DNA of 64,000 bases from NCBI GenBank assembly GCA_963748625.1, contig CAVVJT010000007.1, positions 544,001 to 608,000 on the forward strand. Reading direction: 5' to 3'. This stretch comes from an uncultured Chloroflexia bacterium (lineage in GTDB: Bacteria > Chloroflexota > Limnocylindria > Limnocylindrales > CSP1-4). A program made the position numbers and the translations under genes. The notes under the pieces were generated by a model. That model did not search any database and was not told where the DNA came from. It was given only the letters and a program-made list of their open reading frames with translations. Positions 49,132 to 59,752 of this stretch are shown one piece after another. Within the stretch, counting starts at the first letter, position 1. Every line of letters begins with the position of its first letter.

Positions 49132-50060
49132 CTACCTAGGGCAGGCCCCGCCGCCCACCGGGCTCGACTCGTCACGGGTCTCGGAGGCGGCCGTGCCGCT
49201 CGCGATCATCGCGATCGCGAGCCCGTGAGCACGATCCCGACCATGTGGCTCCGCGACAGGCGCTCGCGCAGGATGACGATCGCGAGCAGGACCGTCGTCA
49301 CCGGGTAGAGCGACGAGAGGACCGCGGCGATCGCGAGCATCCCCGTCTGCGTGGCGAGGATGAAGAACGCGTTGCCGGCCATGTCGAGCAGGCCGATCAG
49401 GATGAGCCACCGAACACGCCCGCCGGGCAGCCGCCATGGCTGGCGCCAGAGCACGATGACGATCGGCCACAGGACCGCCTGGGTGATCCGCATGACCACG
49501 AGCGAGCCGAAGGCGACCTCGCCCGAGAGCCCCGCGATGCACAGGTTGAACCCGCCGATCGCCAGCCCCGCTGCCAGCGCCCACCCGATTCCCGACGGGT
49601 GATCCGCCTGGGCTCGCCGGGCGCCCGTGTCACGAGCACCACGGAGACGCATCGCCAGCACGATGCCCACAATGACGACGGGCGGCGGTGACGCCCTCGA
49701 CCGCGAAGCCCACCACCACCGGGATGGCGGCCCCGACGACGCCGGTGGTCGGCGCGACCACGCCCATCCGGCCGACGGCGAGGCCCCGGTACAGGAACGC
49801 GATCCCGGCCATGCCGAAGACCCCCGCGCCCGCGGCGAAGGCGATGTCGGCAAGCGGCGGGAATGGCTCCCGCAGGAGGAGCGCGATGGCGAGGGCCCCG
49901 AGGATCCCGACCGCCTGGGTGATCCAGACAACCGTGAGCAGCGGTGCCCGGCGCGAGAGCAGACCTCCCCCGAAGTCACCGGCACCCCAGGTGATCGCGG
50001 AGAGCAGGCCGAACAGGACGACGGCCAGCCCCGGCGCGAGCTCAGCCAGCGACAGGCTCC
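49132..50060 (-). CDS. EamA/DMT transporter (frameshifted; ends approximate)
   Basis: WGAGDFGGG, YRGLAVGRMGVVAP, AVLSSLYPVTTVLLA..LRERL spread over several frames. Confidence 0.75.
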
Positions 50061-52203
50061 TCGGCAGCGTCGCCGGAGTCGGACGCAGTGGGTCCGTCAA
50101 GCACCACCACCGCGTCGGCAAGCGTGTCGTAGCGGTCCGACGTGGTGAGGTAGACCACCTGGGTGTCCGTGGCGAGATCCCTGACCACGGCGAGGGCCCG
50201 TGCGGCGCGATCGGCGTCCAGCGTGACGAACGGGTCGTCGAGCAGGAGCGGCGGGCGGCGCCCACCGGTCGCGAACCGCACGAGGGCGATGCGTGCCGCG
50301 AGGTACACGGCATCGAGCGTCCCGCGCGACAGGCTGGTCACGCCGACCCAGTCACCGCGCTCCGGGGCGAACACCGCGATCGAGAGGTCCTCGTCGGAGA
50401 TGCGGACACGGCGGTAGCGACCGTCGGTGATGCGTGCGACATCGCCGGCCATGCGCCGCTCCAGGAACCGGGTGGCTCGCTCGACGGTCGACTGCTCGGC
50501 TGCGTCGAGCTCGGCGAGGGTCCGGCTCCAGGTGCGCTCACGACGGCGGAGCACGGCCAGCTGGGCGCTCCAGGCGGCGTGCCGCTCGGCGAGGCCGGCG
50601 ACCTCCTCGGCGTCGGCAGGGCTCTGCTCGACGCGGGCGCGAGCGCTTGCCTCCTCGTCACGTGCCCGGCCCAGCGTGGTCTCGGCATCGGCGACCTCCA
50701 CCTCGAGGCGCTCGCGGGCGTTGGGCTCCTTGCCGATGGGGCCGAGGGCGTCAAGGGCAAGCGTCCGCTGCTCGATCTCCAGGGCCGCGGTGTCGCGTTT
50801 GAGGTCCAGGCTCTCACGCGGCTCGTCGCCCACGAGCACGACCCAGGCGGGTGCGTCGCTGGTCGATCTCGGCCACGTGCGCCTCCTCGGCCGCGAGGCG
50901 CTCCTCGGCGTCCGCGGATCCGGTCACAGCCGAGGTCGGCAAGCGCGATCTCGCGGTCGGCCTGGCAGCGCTTGAGCTCGGCCTCCATGTCGGAGCGGCC
51001 GCGCAGCCGCCGGTCGATCTCGACGTCCCGGAGCTGGCGCTCCATGCGGTTCGAGCGGCGGCGGACGATGCCGACGGCCGCGAGCACGAGCCCGGTGCCC
51101 GCGACCAGCGCCCCCAAGATCGGCACGATGGGCCAGAGGGCGGTGAGGCCCGCCTGGTTGAGGACGAACCCTCCGAGGGCGAGGACCACCCCGATGATCA
51201 CAAGCACCAGCGACAGGCGGGACAGCGGACGCCACTTGACCTCCGGGCCAACCTCGAAGTCCACCTTGACCTCGCCCGCCAGCTGTTCCTCGAGGTGTGC
51301 GATGCGGGACTCGAGCGAGCGCAGGCGCTCCACGCCGGTGCGCAGGACAGGCAGCGGGATGGTGGACGGATGCCGCCCGTCCAGGTCCTCGATCTCCTGG
51401 CGCAGGACGACGGCTTCCTTGTAGCGCTCGTAGCGCTCATGGGCGGCCGCTCGCTCGGCCGTGAGCACCTCGGCCTGGCGGGCCTTCTCGAGCATCACCT
51501 TGCGTTCGGCGAGCGAGGTCTCCGCCTCTGCCCGGCGCTCCCGGGTCCGCAGATGCGTGTCCCGATCGCGGGCAAGGCGGACGAGGCCCTCCTCGGCGTG
51601 CGCGAGGCGGGTGGCCGCATCGGCCACGGCATCTTCGGCGACCTTGAGGCGGCCCGGGCTTGCGCCGTTCGCCTGGAGCCCGGCGAGGGCCGCGGCGAGA
51701 CGGCGGCGGGCCGCGCGCGAGTCCCGGTCGGAACCACTGATGGAGCCGCGGAGGCGCTCGCCGAACGCTTCGTCACCAGTGGTGAGATCGTCAAGCTCGT
51801 GATGGCGGACGGACGCAGTGGATCGCAGGAACGCGGCGGACGGGATGCCGCTGATGGCGGCAAGCTCGCTCGCGATCCTGGCCTGGTCCTCGATCAGCCC
51901 GCCGTCGAGCGCAAGGCGGGCGGCGCCACCGAGCTCGCGGGCGATGAGCCCGCTGTGGAGGACGCGCTCGTCGTCCTCCCAGGTGAACGCGAGCTCCACC
52001 GCCGCCGGTGCGCCGGGCTCGGCGCTCCAGGCGCGCAGACCCGACGTCATCCTTCCCTCCGGTGAGGGCTGCCTCGATCGCGTGCTGGACGTGGACTTGC
52101 CGGCCTCGTTGGGACCGCGGACCACGGTGAGGCCCGGGGCGAGCTCGATGGTCGTCGCGGTGAAGCGGCGCACGTTGCGCATGGTGACCGACGAGATCCT
52201 CAT
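50042..52203 (-). CDS. SMC/Rad50-like AAA ATPase (YhaN/SbcC-like; frameshifted)
   Basis: Walker A GPNEAGKST, coiled coil with central TMs, LSRGT signature, Walker B LLLDDPFVTLD. Confidence 0.85.
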
Positions 52204-53370
52204 GCCCGGATCTCCTCGCCCGCAAGCAGGCGACGACCAAGACGGAGGACGTCGCGCAGCTCAGCGGCCTCTGCCTGGGCATCGGGATCATCGGTGGCCT
52301 CGAGGTCGGCGATCCCGCCCTCGACGCTGCGGATGAATGCCCCGGCGACGGTGTCGGCAGGGGGCAGCTCACCCGATGGTGAGCGCGGACTGTGAGCCGT
52401 CGTGGATGCGGACCAGCAGGTAGTCGCCTTCGCAGGGCGTCCTCGACCTCCAGCGGGTCGAGGGCGAGACTGTCGACCCAGGATGCCGGTGAGGCGCACG
52501 TCGAGGACCTGGTCCGGGCTGGCAGTCACGCGCATCTGCTCGACGAGCGCCGCCTGGGACTCGACCGTGCCCACGTCAATGTCCTGCATTGCGTGCGTCG
52601 TGCGGCCGGTGGTGTGCGCCTCGACGCTCACGGCCTTCGCCCCAGCACGCAGTCTCCATCGTCACGATGAGCACGCCGACCGGGCTCCGGCTGGTCGACC
52701 ACGACCTGCTCGGGCGATCCCGGCACGCCCCATGCCACGGGCCCGGCCTTGCCGGTTGCCCCGGTATGGACGTGACCCAGCGCGAGGTAGTCCAGCCCGG
52801 TGGCGGCGATCGCAGCGGCCGTGAGCTGACCCCCGGCCTCCTCGGGTGCAGCATGGACAAGCCCGACCCGCCAGGTGGCCGCCGGGGCCGACGAGGCAGC
52901 GGCCGCGAGATCGGCCAGGGACGGCGCCGCGGCGCCGTGCGCCCGGATGCGGGGTGCCGGCCACGACAAGGTCGAGCGACGGACAGGTGGGCTGCCGGAG
53001 CTGCGGTCGAGAGCACGGTCACCAGGTCATCCCCCTCGCGGGCGCCGGCCAGGCGGCGAGGTCATAGGCGCGGTACACGGAGGCGCGATCGTCGGGATCG
53101 TGCTCACCCGGCAGGATGACGGTCCGGATGCGGGCACGCACAAGCCGGCCGATCTCTCCGGCGACGCGCTCCACGGTGCGGCGGCGCCGCGACGCCCGAG
53201 TCGAACAGGTCACCGGCGACCAGGACCACTTCGACCTTCTCCGCAATGGCGAGGTCCACGGCGGTCGCCAGAGCGGCGAACTGGCGCTCGCGCTGGGCTG
53301 CGGCGGCATCGCCGAGATCGGGATGGCGGGCCCCGAGATGGACATCGGCCAGGTGCAGCAGCCGGAGCAT
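52200..53370 (-). CDS. Mre11/SbcD/YhaO-like metallophosphoesterase (multiple frameshifts)
   Basis: LHLADVHLG, VAGDLFD, LPGEHD, DYLALGH.H, PGSPE motifs in successive frames. Confidence 0.82.
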
Positions 53371-53603
53371 CTGGTGCGCAGCCTCCTATTCAAGACACCC
53401 GGGCCACCATCGGCGGGCGCCCGGACCCAGGTCTCGGCCGAACGACAACCAGGCCCCACGAGCGGCCGCACGTCGTTGGCCCGCCATGCGTCCGTGGGGA
53501 GACGCCGGTTCGGGCCGGGTACGCCGGTCACCCGCAGGACCCGGTGGCGATCCGGGCGCCCCCATCGCTCCCGTCTCACCGGCCCGAGCCTCGGTGGCCA
53601 TTG

Positions 53604-53620
53604 TGACAGGTTGCCTGTCA
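53604..53620. promoter_or_regulatory. Palindromic operator candidate TGACAGG-N3-CCTGTCA
   Basis: Perfect 7-bp inverted repeat between the nuclease/SMC operon and the zinc-ribbon gene. Confidence 0.5.
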
Positions 53621-53903
53621 ATCCCGACGTCTGACCCACCTCGATGTCGGCGTGGTCGGGCACTCGCCATCGCACCACCTGCGATGCCGGCGCACCACGT
53701 TGCAACGAACGTGTAATGCGGAGGATGCCGAGCCCGGCGTTAGGCTCAGACGCACTGAGCCGCGTGCTCGAGCCGGGGACCGGATCCCGGGAAGGCACGG
53801 TGGACGGGTCTCCGCAGCTCCTCCTGCCGCTGTCGCCCGTCCCTCGCGTGGGACGCGGCCCCAAGTACCAGCTGGACACCGCGCCAGGAGGAACCGAGGC
53901 TTC

Positions 53904-54239
53904 GTGACCTACGTCGACCACTCCCTGACCTGCGTCGACTGCGGGGTGGAGTTCATCCACTCCGGGGCCGACCAGGAGTACTACGCCCAGAAGGGCTTCA
54001 CCACCGAGCCCAAGCGCTGCGCCTCATGCCGGGCCTACCGCCGGACCACGCGCGACAGCGGGTCCGATGCGCGGACCATCGGCGGGCCGCGCGGCTACGA
54101 GCGCTCCGAGGGCGGGGCTCGCGAGTACTTCGTGGCGGTCTGCTCCTCGTGTGGCAACCAGGCGCAGGTGCCGTTCAAGCCGCGCACGGACAAGCCCGTC
54201 TACTGTTCGGACTGCTTCCGCCAGATCAAGCCTGACTGA
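53904..54239 (+). CDS. Zinc-ribbon plus CxxC-x17-CxxC domain protein
   Basis: LTCVDCG..EPKRCASC and VCSSCG..VPFKPR..PVYCSDCF; AGGAGG RBS. Confidence 0.92.
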   Translation: MTYVDHSLTCVDCGVEFIHSGADQEYYAQKGFTTEPKRCASCRAYRRTTRDSGSDARTIGGPRGYERSEGGAREYFVAVCSSCGNQAQVPFKPRTDKPVYCSDCFRQIKPD

Positions 54240-54358
54240 CCGGCGACCATCCACCGCTTCCCCTTGTCGGTGCCCTCGGATCCCCCCTCCCGGGGGCACC
54301 GTCATGTCCCGGACGTACCAGGCCCGGGGCCGGCGCCGGGCGGTGCCTGCCAGGCTCC

Positions 54359-55081
54359 TCAGATGCGGAAGGCGTCCCCGGAGCGGTAGCGCTCGCGATG
54401 GCGGCCGTGCCAGAGGGTCACCCGGCCCGCGCCGTGGACCTGCCAGGTGCCGTTGCGGCCGATGATCGCCGTGTCCTCGTCGATCCCCAGGACGGCCAGG
54501 CGCCGCGGCGCCTGCAGCACCACGAGCGCCGAGAAGGTCTCCGGGAAGGCGTCGTAGTGCGGGATCACGGTCACGCCGGGGACGAGATCCAGCCCGTCCA
54601 CCCAGCGCAGCGGCCACAGCACCGGCAGCGGCAGCCTCCCAACGCGCCGCGGCGCCATCGTCCGCGTGGCCATGGCCATCGCCCCCGCGGAGCAGCCCGC
54701 GATCACCGCCCCGCGCGCGCCCGCCTCCACGAGCGCCGACCCGAGGGGCGACTCGAGCAGCACGACGGCGAGATGGGCCGGATGCCCGCCCGACATGTAG
54801 ACGAGGTCGGCCTCACCGATGGCCTGGAGGGCAGCGGGATCGGCACCATCCTCCACCGTGCGGACGAGCACCGGCTCCACCTCGGCACCCAGCGCGGTGA
54901 AGTGCGCGACCCCCATGTCGGCCCAGCCGTCGAAGGTGTCGTCGCCATCGGGGGCGGACGCGGTCGGCAGGATCACCACCCTCGGGCGGGGACGGCCGGT
55001 GGCAGCCAGGAGGGCGCGGTCGACCGCCACCATCTGGGGCAGGAACTCACCGGCGCCGACGAGCGCCACGGGCGCGACCAT
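54359..55081 (-). CDS. Peptidase S51 / cyanophycinase-like protein
   Basis: LPTAS, YMSGG, GCSAGAM nucleophile, IPHYD, GIDEDTA. Confidence 0.88.
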   Translation of the reverse strand: MVAPVALVGAGEFLPQMVAVDRALLAATGRPRPRVVILPTASAPDGDDTFDGWADMGVAHFTALGAEVEPVLVRTVEDGADPAALQAIGEADLVYMSGGHPAHLAVVLLESPLGSALVEAGARGAVIAGCSAGAMAMATRTMAPRRVGRLPLPVLWPLRWVDGLDLVPGVTVIPHYDAFPETFSALVVLQAPRRLAVLGIDEDTAIIGRNGTWQVHGAGRVTLWHGRHRERYRSGDAFRI

Positions 55082-55125
55082 CGGCGGCAGTCTAGTGCAG
55101 GTGCGCGTGGGAGGCGTCCCGGGGG

Positions 55126-55674
55126 TCAGCCGCGGACGCGGAAGGCCGGGCCGTGCCCCGGGATGACGATGTCGGCGGCCCCGAGGACCCGCGCACGACC
55201 CCGCACGATGGCGGCCTGGTCCACACCGAGCGGGTCCACCTCGGGCGTGCGGTCCTCGCGCCACCAGAGGTGCGTCATCGCATAGACGGCGTCGTCGGCC
55301 TCCACCACCAGGGTCGCGTCCTCCTCGGTGTGGCCGGGCGTCACCCAGAGCTGGGCCGTCGGGGAGAGGTGGTAGCCGTCGCCGTCGTGGTCGAGCCAGA
55401 GGTCGTCCTTGTAGCGGGCCCAGAAGTCGACCACCTCGGCGTTGGGGAACAGCGCGATGTTCACCGTGTGATCGGGGTGGTGGTGACTCAGGAAGACGTG
55501 GGTCACGGCCTCTGGGGCCACGCCAAGGTCCTTGAGCGGGTCCAGGATCAGTGAGCGCCGGGCGACCATCCCGGGGTCGACCACGATCAGGGCATCCGCG
55601 TCGCGGACGAGGACGATGGAGGAGCCCACGCGATCGTGGGCATAGCCGGCGTGGAGCAGGTGGACGGACGTCAT
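55126..55674 (-). CDS. MBL-fold metallo-hydrolase
   Basis: SHHHPDH, TPGHT, IPGHG. Confidence 0.92.
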   Translation of the reverse strand: MTSVHLLHAGYAHDRVGSSIVLVRDADALIVVDPGMVARRSLILDPLKDLGVAPEAVTHVFLSHHHPDHTVNIALFPNAEVVDFWARYKDDLWLDHDGDGYHLSPTAQLWVTPGHTEEDATLVVEADDAVYAMTHLWWREDRTPEVDPLGVDQAAIVRGRARVLGAADIVIPGHGPAFRVRG

Positions 55675-55760
55675 GGGCGCAGGGTAACCGGACGGGCAAG
55701 GTCGGGCCGCTCCGCGGGACGGTCGCGACACGGCAACCGCGACGCGTCAGACTCCGCGCC

Positions 55761-57407
55761 ATGTCGAATGATGCGCACGCCGACCTCGTCCTGACCGGGG
55801 GACGGATCTTCACCGCAGATGCCGCACGGACGTGGGCCGAGGCGATGGCCGTCCGGGACGGGCGCATCGTGGCGCTCGGCGGTGACAACGCCGTCAAGCT
55901 GCTCGTGGGCCCACGTACCCGCGTCATCGCCCTACGGGGCCGCACCGTCACGCCGGGCTTCGGCGACAGCCACGTCCACCCGCCGATGGGCGGCCTCGCC
56001 CGGATCCAGTGCGAGCTCCACGATGCGCGCGGTCTCGACGAATACCTGGGGATCGTCAAGGCCTACGCCGATGCCAACCCCGACGCCGGGTGGATCCTGG
56101 GCGGCGGCTGGAACCTGGCGGACTTCCCCGGCGGCATCGCCCGTCGCGAGGACCTCGACCGCGTCGTCCCGGACCGCCCCGTCTACCTGCCCAACCGCGA
56201 CGGCCACGACGCCTGGGTCAACACCCGGGCCCTCGAGCTTGCGCGGATCGACAGGGACACCCCCGACCCGGTGTCCGGCCGGATCGCCCGGGACGAGGGC
56301 GGCACCCCGTCGGGCACCCTTCACGAGGGTGCGATGACGCTGGTCGAGGCGCTGGTCCCGGCCCCGGACGCCGCGCTCATCCGGCGGGCGATCCTGGAGA
56401 GCCAGCGCTGGCTCCACGGCCTGGGCATCACCAACTGGCAGGATGCCTGGGTCACCCCTGACATGGAGGGCGTCTACATCGACCTCGCGGCAGCCGGCGA
56501 GCTCACCGCGCGGGTCGTCGGGGGCATGTGGTGGGAGCGCGACCAGGGCCTCGACCAGATCGAGGGATTCGTCGAGCGGCGCGCCAAGGGCGTGGTCGGC
56601 CGGTTCGCGGCCACCTCGGTCAAGCTCATGTGCGACGGCATCGTCGAGAACCAGACGGCGTCGATGACGGAGCCGTACTTCGACGTCCACGGGCACCAGA
56701 CCGCCAACCGGGGCATGGACTTCATCGGCCCCGAGGTGCTCAAGGAGGCGGTGACCAGGATCGACGCGCTCGGGCTCCAGCCGCACTTCCACGCCCTGGG
56801 CGACCGGGCCGTCCGCCAGGCGCTCGACGCCGTCGAGGCCGCGCGGCGCGCCAACGGCTGGTCCGACACCCGCCCGCACCTCGCCCACCTCCAGGTCGTC
56901 CACCCCGACGACATGCCGCGCTTCCGGCAGCTCGGCGCGATGGCCAACGCGCAGCCGCTGTGGGCGGTGCTCGAGGACCAGATGGAGGAGCTCACCCTGC
57001 CGGTCCTGGGGCCGGTGGTGTCAGCCCGCCAGTACCCGTTCCGATCGCTGCGTCGCCACGGCGCGACGCTGGTGATGGGCTCGGACTGGAGCGTGTCCAC
57101 GCCCGATCCGTTCCTCCAGATGGAGGTCGCCGTCACCCGGGTCAGCCCCGACAACCGCACGGCCGAGCCGTTCCTGCCCGAGGAGCGCCTCGAGCTGGTG
57201 GACATCCTCACGGCCGCGACGGCCGGCTCCGCGTACGTGAACCATCTCGATGAGGCAGGCTGGCTGGAGGTGGGCCGCCTGGCCGACTTCGCGGTGCTGG
57301 ACCGCGACCTGTTCGACGCAGGGTCGGGCCCCATCGGCGAGACGCACGTCACGGGCACCTTCATCGAGGGGGTAGCCGTGCACGAGATGGCCGACCTGGG
57401 CGGGTAG
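55761..57407 (+). CDS. Amidohydrolase 3 family (YtcJ-like)
   Basis: PGFGDSHVH, KLMCDG, HALGDRA, GSDW, GRLADFAVLDRD. Confidence 0.93.
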   Translation: MSNDAHADLVLTGGRIFTADAARTWAEAMAVRDGRIVALGGDNAVKLLVGPRTRVIALRGRTVTPGFGDSHVHPPMGGLARIQCELHDARGLDEYLGIVKAYADANPDAGWILGGGWNLADFPGGIARREDLDRVVPDRPVYLPNRDGHDAWVNTRALELARIDRDTPDPVSGRIARDEGGTPSGTLHEGAMTLVEALVPAPDAALIRRAILESQRWLHGLGITNWQDAWVTPDMEGVYIDLAAAGELTARVVGGMWWERDQGLDQIEGFVERRAKGVVGRFAATSVKLMCDGIVENQTASMTEPYFDVHGHQTANRGMDFIGPEVLKEAVTRIDALGLQPHFHALGDRAVRQALDAVEAARRANGWSDTRPHLAHLQVVHPDDMPRFRQLGAMANAQPLWAVLEDQMEELTLPVLGPVVSARQYPFRSLRRHGATLVMGSDWSVSTPDPFLQMEVAVTRVSPDNRTAEPFLPEERLELVDILTAATAGSAYVNHLDEAGWLEVGRLADFAVLDRDLFDAGSGPIGETHVTGTFIEGVAVHEMADLGG

Positions 57408-57455
57408 CCAGGCGGGTAGCCAGCCGGGGGTCCTCACAACCTCACCCGACGCGGC

Positions 57456-57566
57456 GCCCCACGTGTGGGGCGAATCCGGACCCCGCACGCACGCGCCGGG
57501 CACGAAACCCTCACGTTCGCGCCCGGACCACGCTCACGACCCGCCGAAATGCCCCCCAGGTGGGGC
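57456..57566 (+). repeat. 111-bp palindromic intergenic element (family A, copy 3)
   Basis: Terminal GCCCCAcgtgTGGGGC and GCCCCCcaggTGGGGC; co-linear with 59753-59863. Confidence 0.85.
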
Positions 57567-57596
57567 AGAGTGCGCGCCCGTCACACGGCGCCGGGC

Positions 57597-59150
57597 TCAG
57601 CCGCCGCAGCAGGGCTGCTCGAAGAGGAATCGCTCCTCCCAGGTGGCGCCGTCGGGCGTGTACAGGAGTCGCCACAGGAAGTCGTCATCGTTGTCCCTGG
57701 CGACGACGAAACCGCCCGCGGGCCCAAGTACATCCGCTGCCAGCACCGCCGTGGAACGTGCAACGGGCGATGTCCAAGTGCGCCCACCATCGGCGGTCTC
57801 CAGCCACGGCCGCCCACGACTCCACAGCCAGCCGGTGCCGTCGGGCCGCAGGTCGAGGGCCGCATCCAGGCCAACCAGCGGTCCTGGCAGGGTGCTCCAG
57901 GTCACACCGCCGTCGTCCGACCTGAGCACGAGTGATGGCACCTCCACCTCGCCCTCCACGCTGACGCAGAGCATCACGATGGTGTCGCCGTTCGGGCGGG
58001 TCACCGACCGAGGGACGAAGGCGTCGTCCGGGCACCGCGCCCCATTCGTCGTCCACGCGTCGCCGCCGTCATCGGTCAGGCGGAGCTCAGGCGGCCTGTT
58101 GACCGAGCGCTTGAACAGGCCGGCGCCTGTCCGGTCATCCGCGAAGGAGAGGCTCACCGGCCAGTCCTTCCCGATCTGGGTCCACATGCCCTCGTCGTAG
58201 ACGAGGAGCCCGGGCGTGCACCCCTCGAGGCCCTCCGGGCAGGAGCGGCCGGCGTAGACGTGGCCTGGGGTCCCGGACACCACGCCCAGCGCGGACACCT
58301 CACCCAGGCCCAGGCCGGTGACCCTCCAGGTCGCGCCGCCGTCGCTGGTCATGAGCACGACCGCGTCGTCCGTCGGCGCGCGTCCGCCGACGAACCCCTC
58401 CAGCGGCCCGAACCACGCCATCGGCCCCGGGCGCACATCCGTCGGCAGGATGCGCGTGCTCGTGATGGCACCCGTGAAGTCCGATGGATCCACGGGACGA
58501 TCGAACCGGACGTCCACCGCCCACCCGACGCCCATTGCATCACACGACGGGCGGGGCGCCAGCTCGAGCGTGAAGGTCCGGCCGTCGGGCTCCAAGGTCA
58601 GCCACCCTCGCTTATCACAGGCGAACGTGACCCAGGCCAGGCGGAGGGTCCGCTCGTCAGAGCCCTGTGCGATGGCGATAGCGCTGGCGCCATCCGGCAC
58701 CTCGCCGTTTGCTGGAGCCTCGACGACATCCACGATGCCGCCCGCCTCATCGAAGGCGAACAGCTCGAACGACCCGGTCTCCACGTCGGCACCGAGGCGG
58801 AGCTGCCAGTTCCCGTAGATCTCCGGGGCCTCGCCCTCAGGTGTCTGCGACGGCGCAGGCGATGTGGTCGCGACGGCCGAGGGCGATGGCGATGCCGGGG
58901 TGGGCTCAGCCGACGCGGCCGGTGTATCCGTGGGGGCCGGGTTGGACCCTGCGATCCAGGCAGCGGACACGACGAGGAGGATGGCCCCCGCCGCAGCCAG
59001 GGCGCCCGCCGCAGGCCACCAGTGGGACCGTCGCCCGGGCCGCTCGGTCTGAAGCCGGCTGACCACGTCCGCGGCCAGTCCCGGCGGCACCGGCGCTGAG
59101 CCGAGATCGTCCAGGAAGACGTCGACCGGGTCCTGCTGCTGCCCGCTCAC
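57597..59150 (-). CDS. Putative anti-sigma factor with TM and BNR/YCF48-like beta-propeller
   Basis: GTGA overlap with ECF sigma; TM, P/S/T linker, repeated T.DGG.TW Asp-boxes. Confidence 0.82.
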   Translation of the reverse strand: MSGQQQDPVDVFLDDLGSAPVPPGLAADVVSRLQTERPGRRSHWWPAAGALAAAGAILLVVSAAWIAGSNPAPTDTPAASAEPTPASPSPSAVATTSPAPSQTPEGEAPEIYGNWQLRLGADVETGSFELFAFDEAGGIVDVVEAPANGEVPDGASAIAIAQGSDERTLRLAWVTFACDKRGWLTLEPDGRTFTLELAPRPSCDAMGVGWAVDVRFDRPVDPSDFTGAITSTRILPTDVRPGPMAWFGPLEGFVGGRAPTDDAVVLMTSDGGATWRVTGLGLGEVSALGVVSGTPGHVYAGRSCPEGLEGCTPGLLVYDEGMWTQIGKDWPVSLSFADDRTGAGLFKRSVNRPPELRLTDDGGDAWTTNGARCPDDAFVPRSVTRPNGDTIVMLCVSVEGEVEVPSLVLRSDDGGVTWSTLPGPLVGLDAALDLRPDGTGWLWSRGRPWLETADGGRTWTSPVARSTAVLAADVLGPAGGFVVARDNDDDFLWRLLYTPDGATWEERFLFEQPCCGG

Positions 59151-59671
59151 GGCCGGTGCCTCCCCACGTCGCGCCGCAGCGTTTCGAGTGCGGCGTTCAA
59201 CCGGGACTTCGCGGTGCCATCGGCGATGCCCAGCGCGTCCGCCACCTCATGGATCGAGAGGCCCGCCGCGTAGTGGAGGGAGATGACCGCCCGATGGTCG
59301 TCGGCGAGCGCGCGGAAGGCCGACCCCACCAGCACCCTGGCCTCGACGGCGCCGAAATGGTCGGCGGGTTCGCGAAGGCCGTCGGCAACGGCCGGCTCCA
59401 TGGCGATCTCGCGCACGCGACCCCGCGCCCGTCCCGCGGACCGCGCCCGGTTGAGCGCGATCCGGTGCAGCCACGGTCCGAACCGGGCCGGCTCGCGGAG
59501 GCCGGGAAGCGCCTTCCAGGCGGAAGCGAAGACCTCCTGGGTGACGTCCTCCGCCGAGGCGTCGCCGACATAGGCACGGGCCAGCCGGTACACGGATGCC
59601 GTCTGCGCCGTGACCAGCTGTCCGAACGCGTCCATGTCGCCCTTCTGCGCCCGCCGAACGAGGTCGTCCAT
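59147..59671 (-). CDS. ECF-family RNA polymerase sigma factor
   Basis: AEDVTQEVFASAW..FGPWLHRIALN; GLSIHEVADALGIADGTAKSRL. Confidence 0.95.
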   Translation of the reverse strand: MDDLVRRAQKGDMDAFGQLVTAQTASVYRLARAYVGDASAEDVTQEVFASAWKALPGLREPARFGPWLHRIALNRARSAGRARGRVREIAMEPAVADGLREPADHFGAVEARVLVGSAFRALADDHRAVISLHYAAGLSIHEVADALGIADGTAKSRLNAALETLRRDVGRHRP

Positions 59672-59688
59672 CACCCCTCCACTGTTGC

Positions 59689-59716
59689 AGACGCCGTGGA
59701 AGGCCGAAGTGTTCGG
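59689..59716 (-). promoter_or_regulatory. Putative autoregulatory ECF promoter GAAC-N17-CGTCT
   Basis: Minus strand ccGAACacttcggccttccacggCGTCT, just upstream of the GGAGG RBS. Confidence 0.55.
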
Positions 59717-59752
59717 AGACGTTCGCGGCGCTCCCGTCGTTCCCGACGCTAC

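Noticed and set aside
50042-53370. Nuclease plus SMC ATPase as an anti-phage or anti-plasmid system (Wadjet/Lamassu-like)
   Set aside because: The architecture fits the widespread YhaO/YhaN (SbcD/SbcC-like) pair, and no effector or kleisin genes are adjacent.
43800-53400. Cluster of frameshifts in photolyase, SsuA/SsuC-like, Rrf2, EamA, SMC-like and Mre11-like genes, read as pseudogenisation or programmed frameshifting
   Set aside because: Single-base indels in unrelated genes confined to one stretch, with motifs otherwise intact and no shared slippery site. Best explained by low-coverage or long-read assembly error; needs read inspection.
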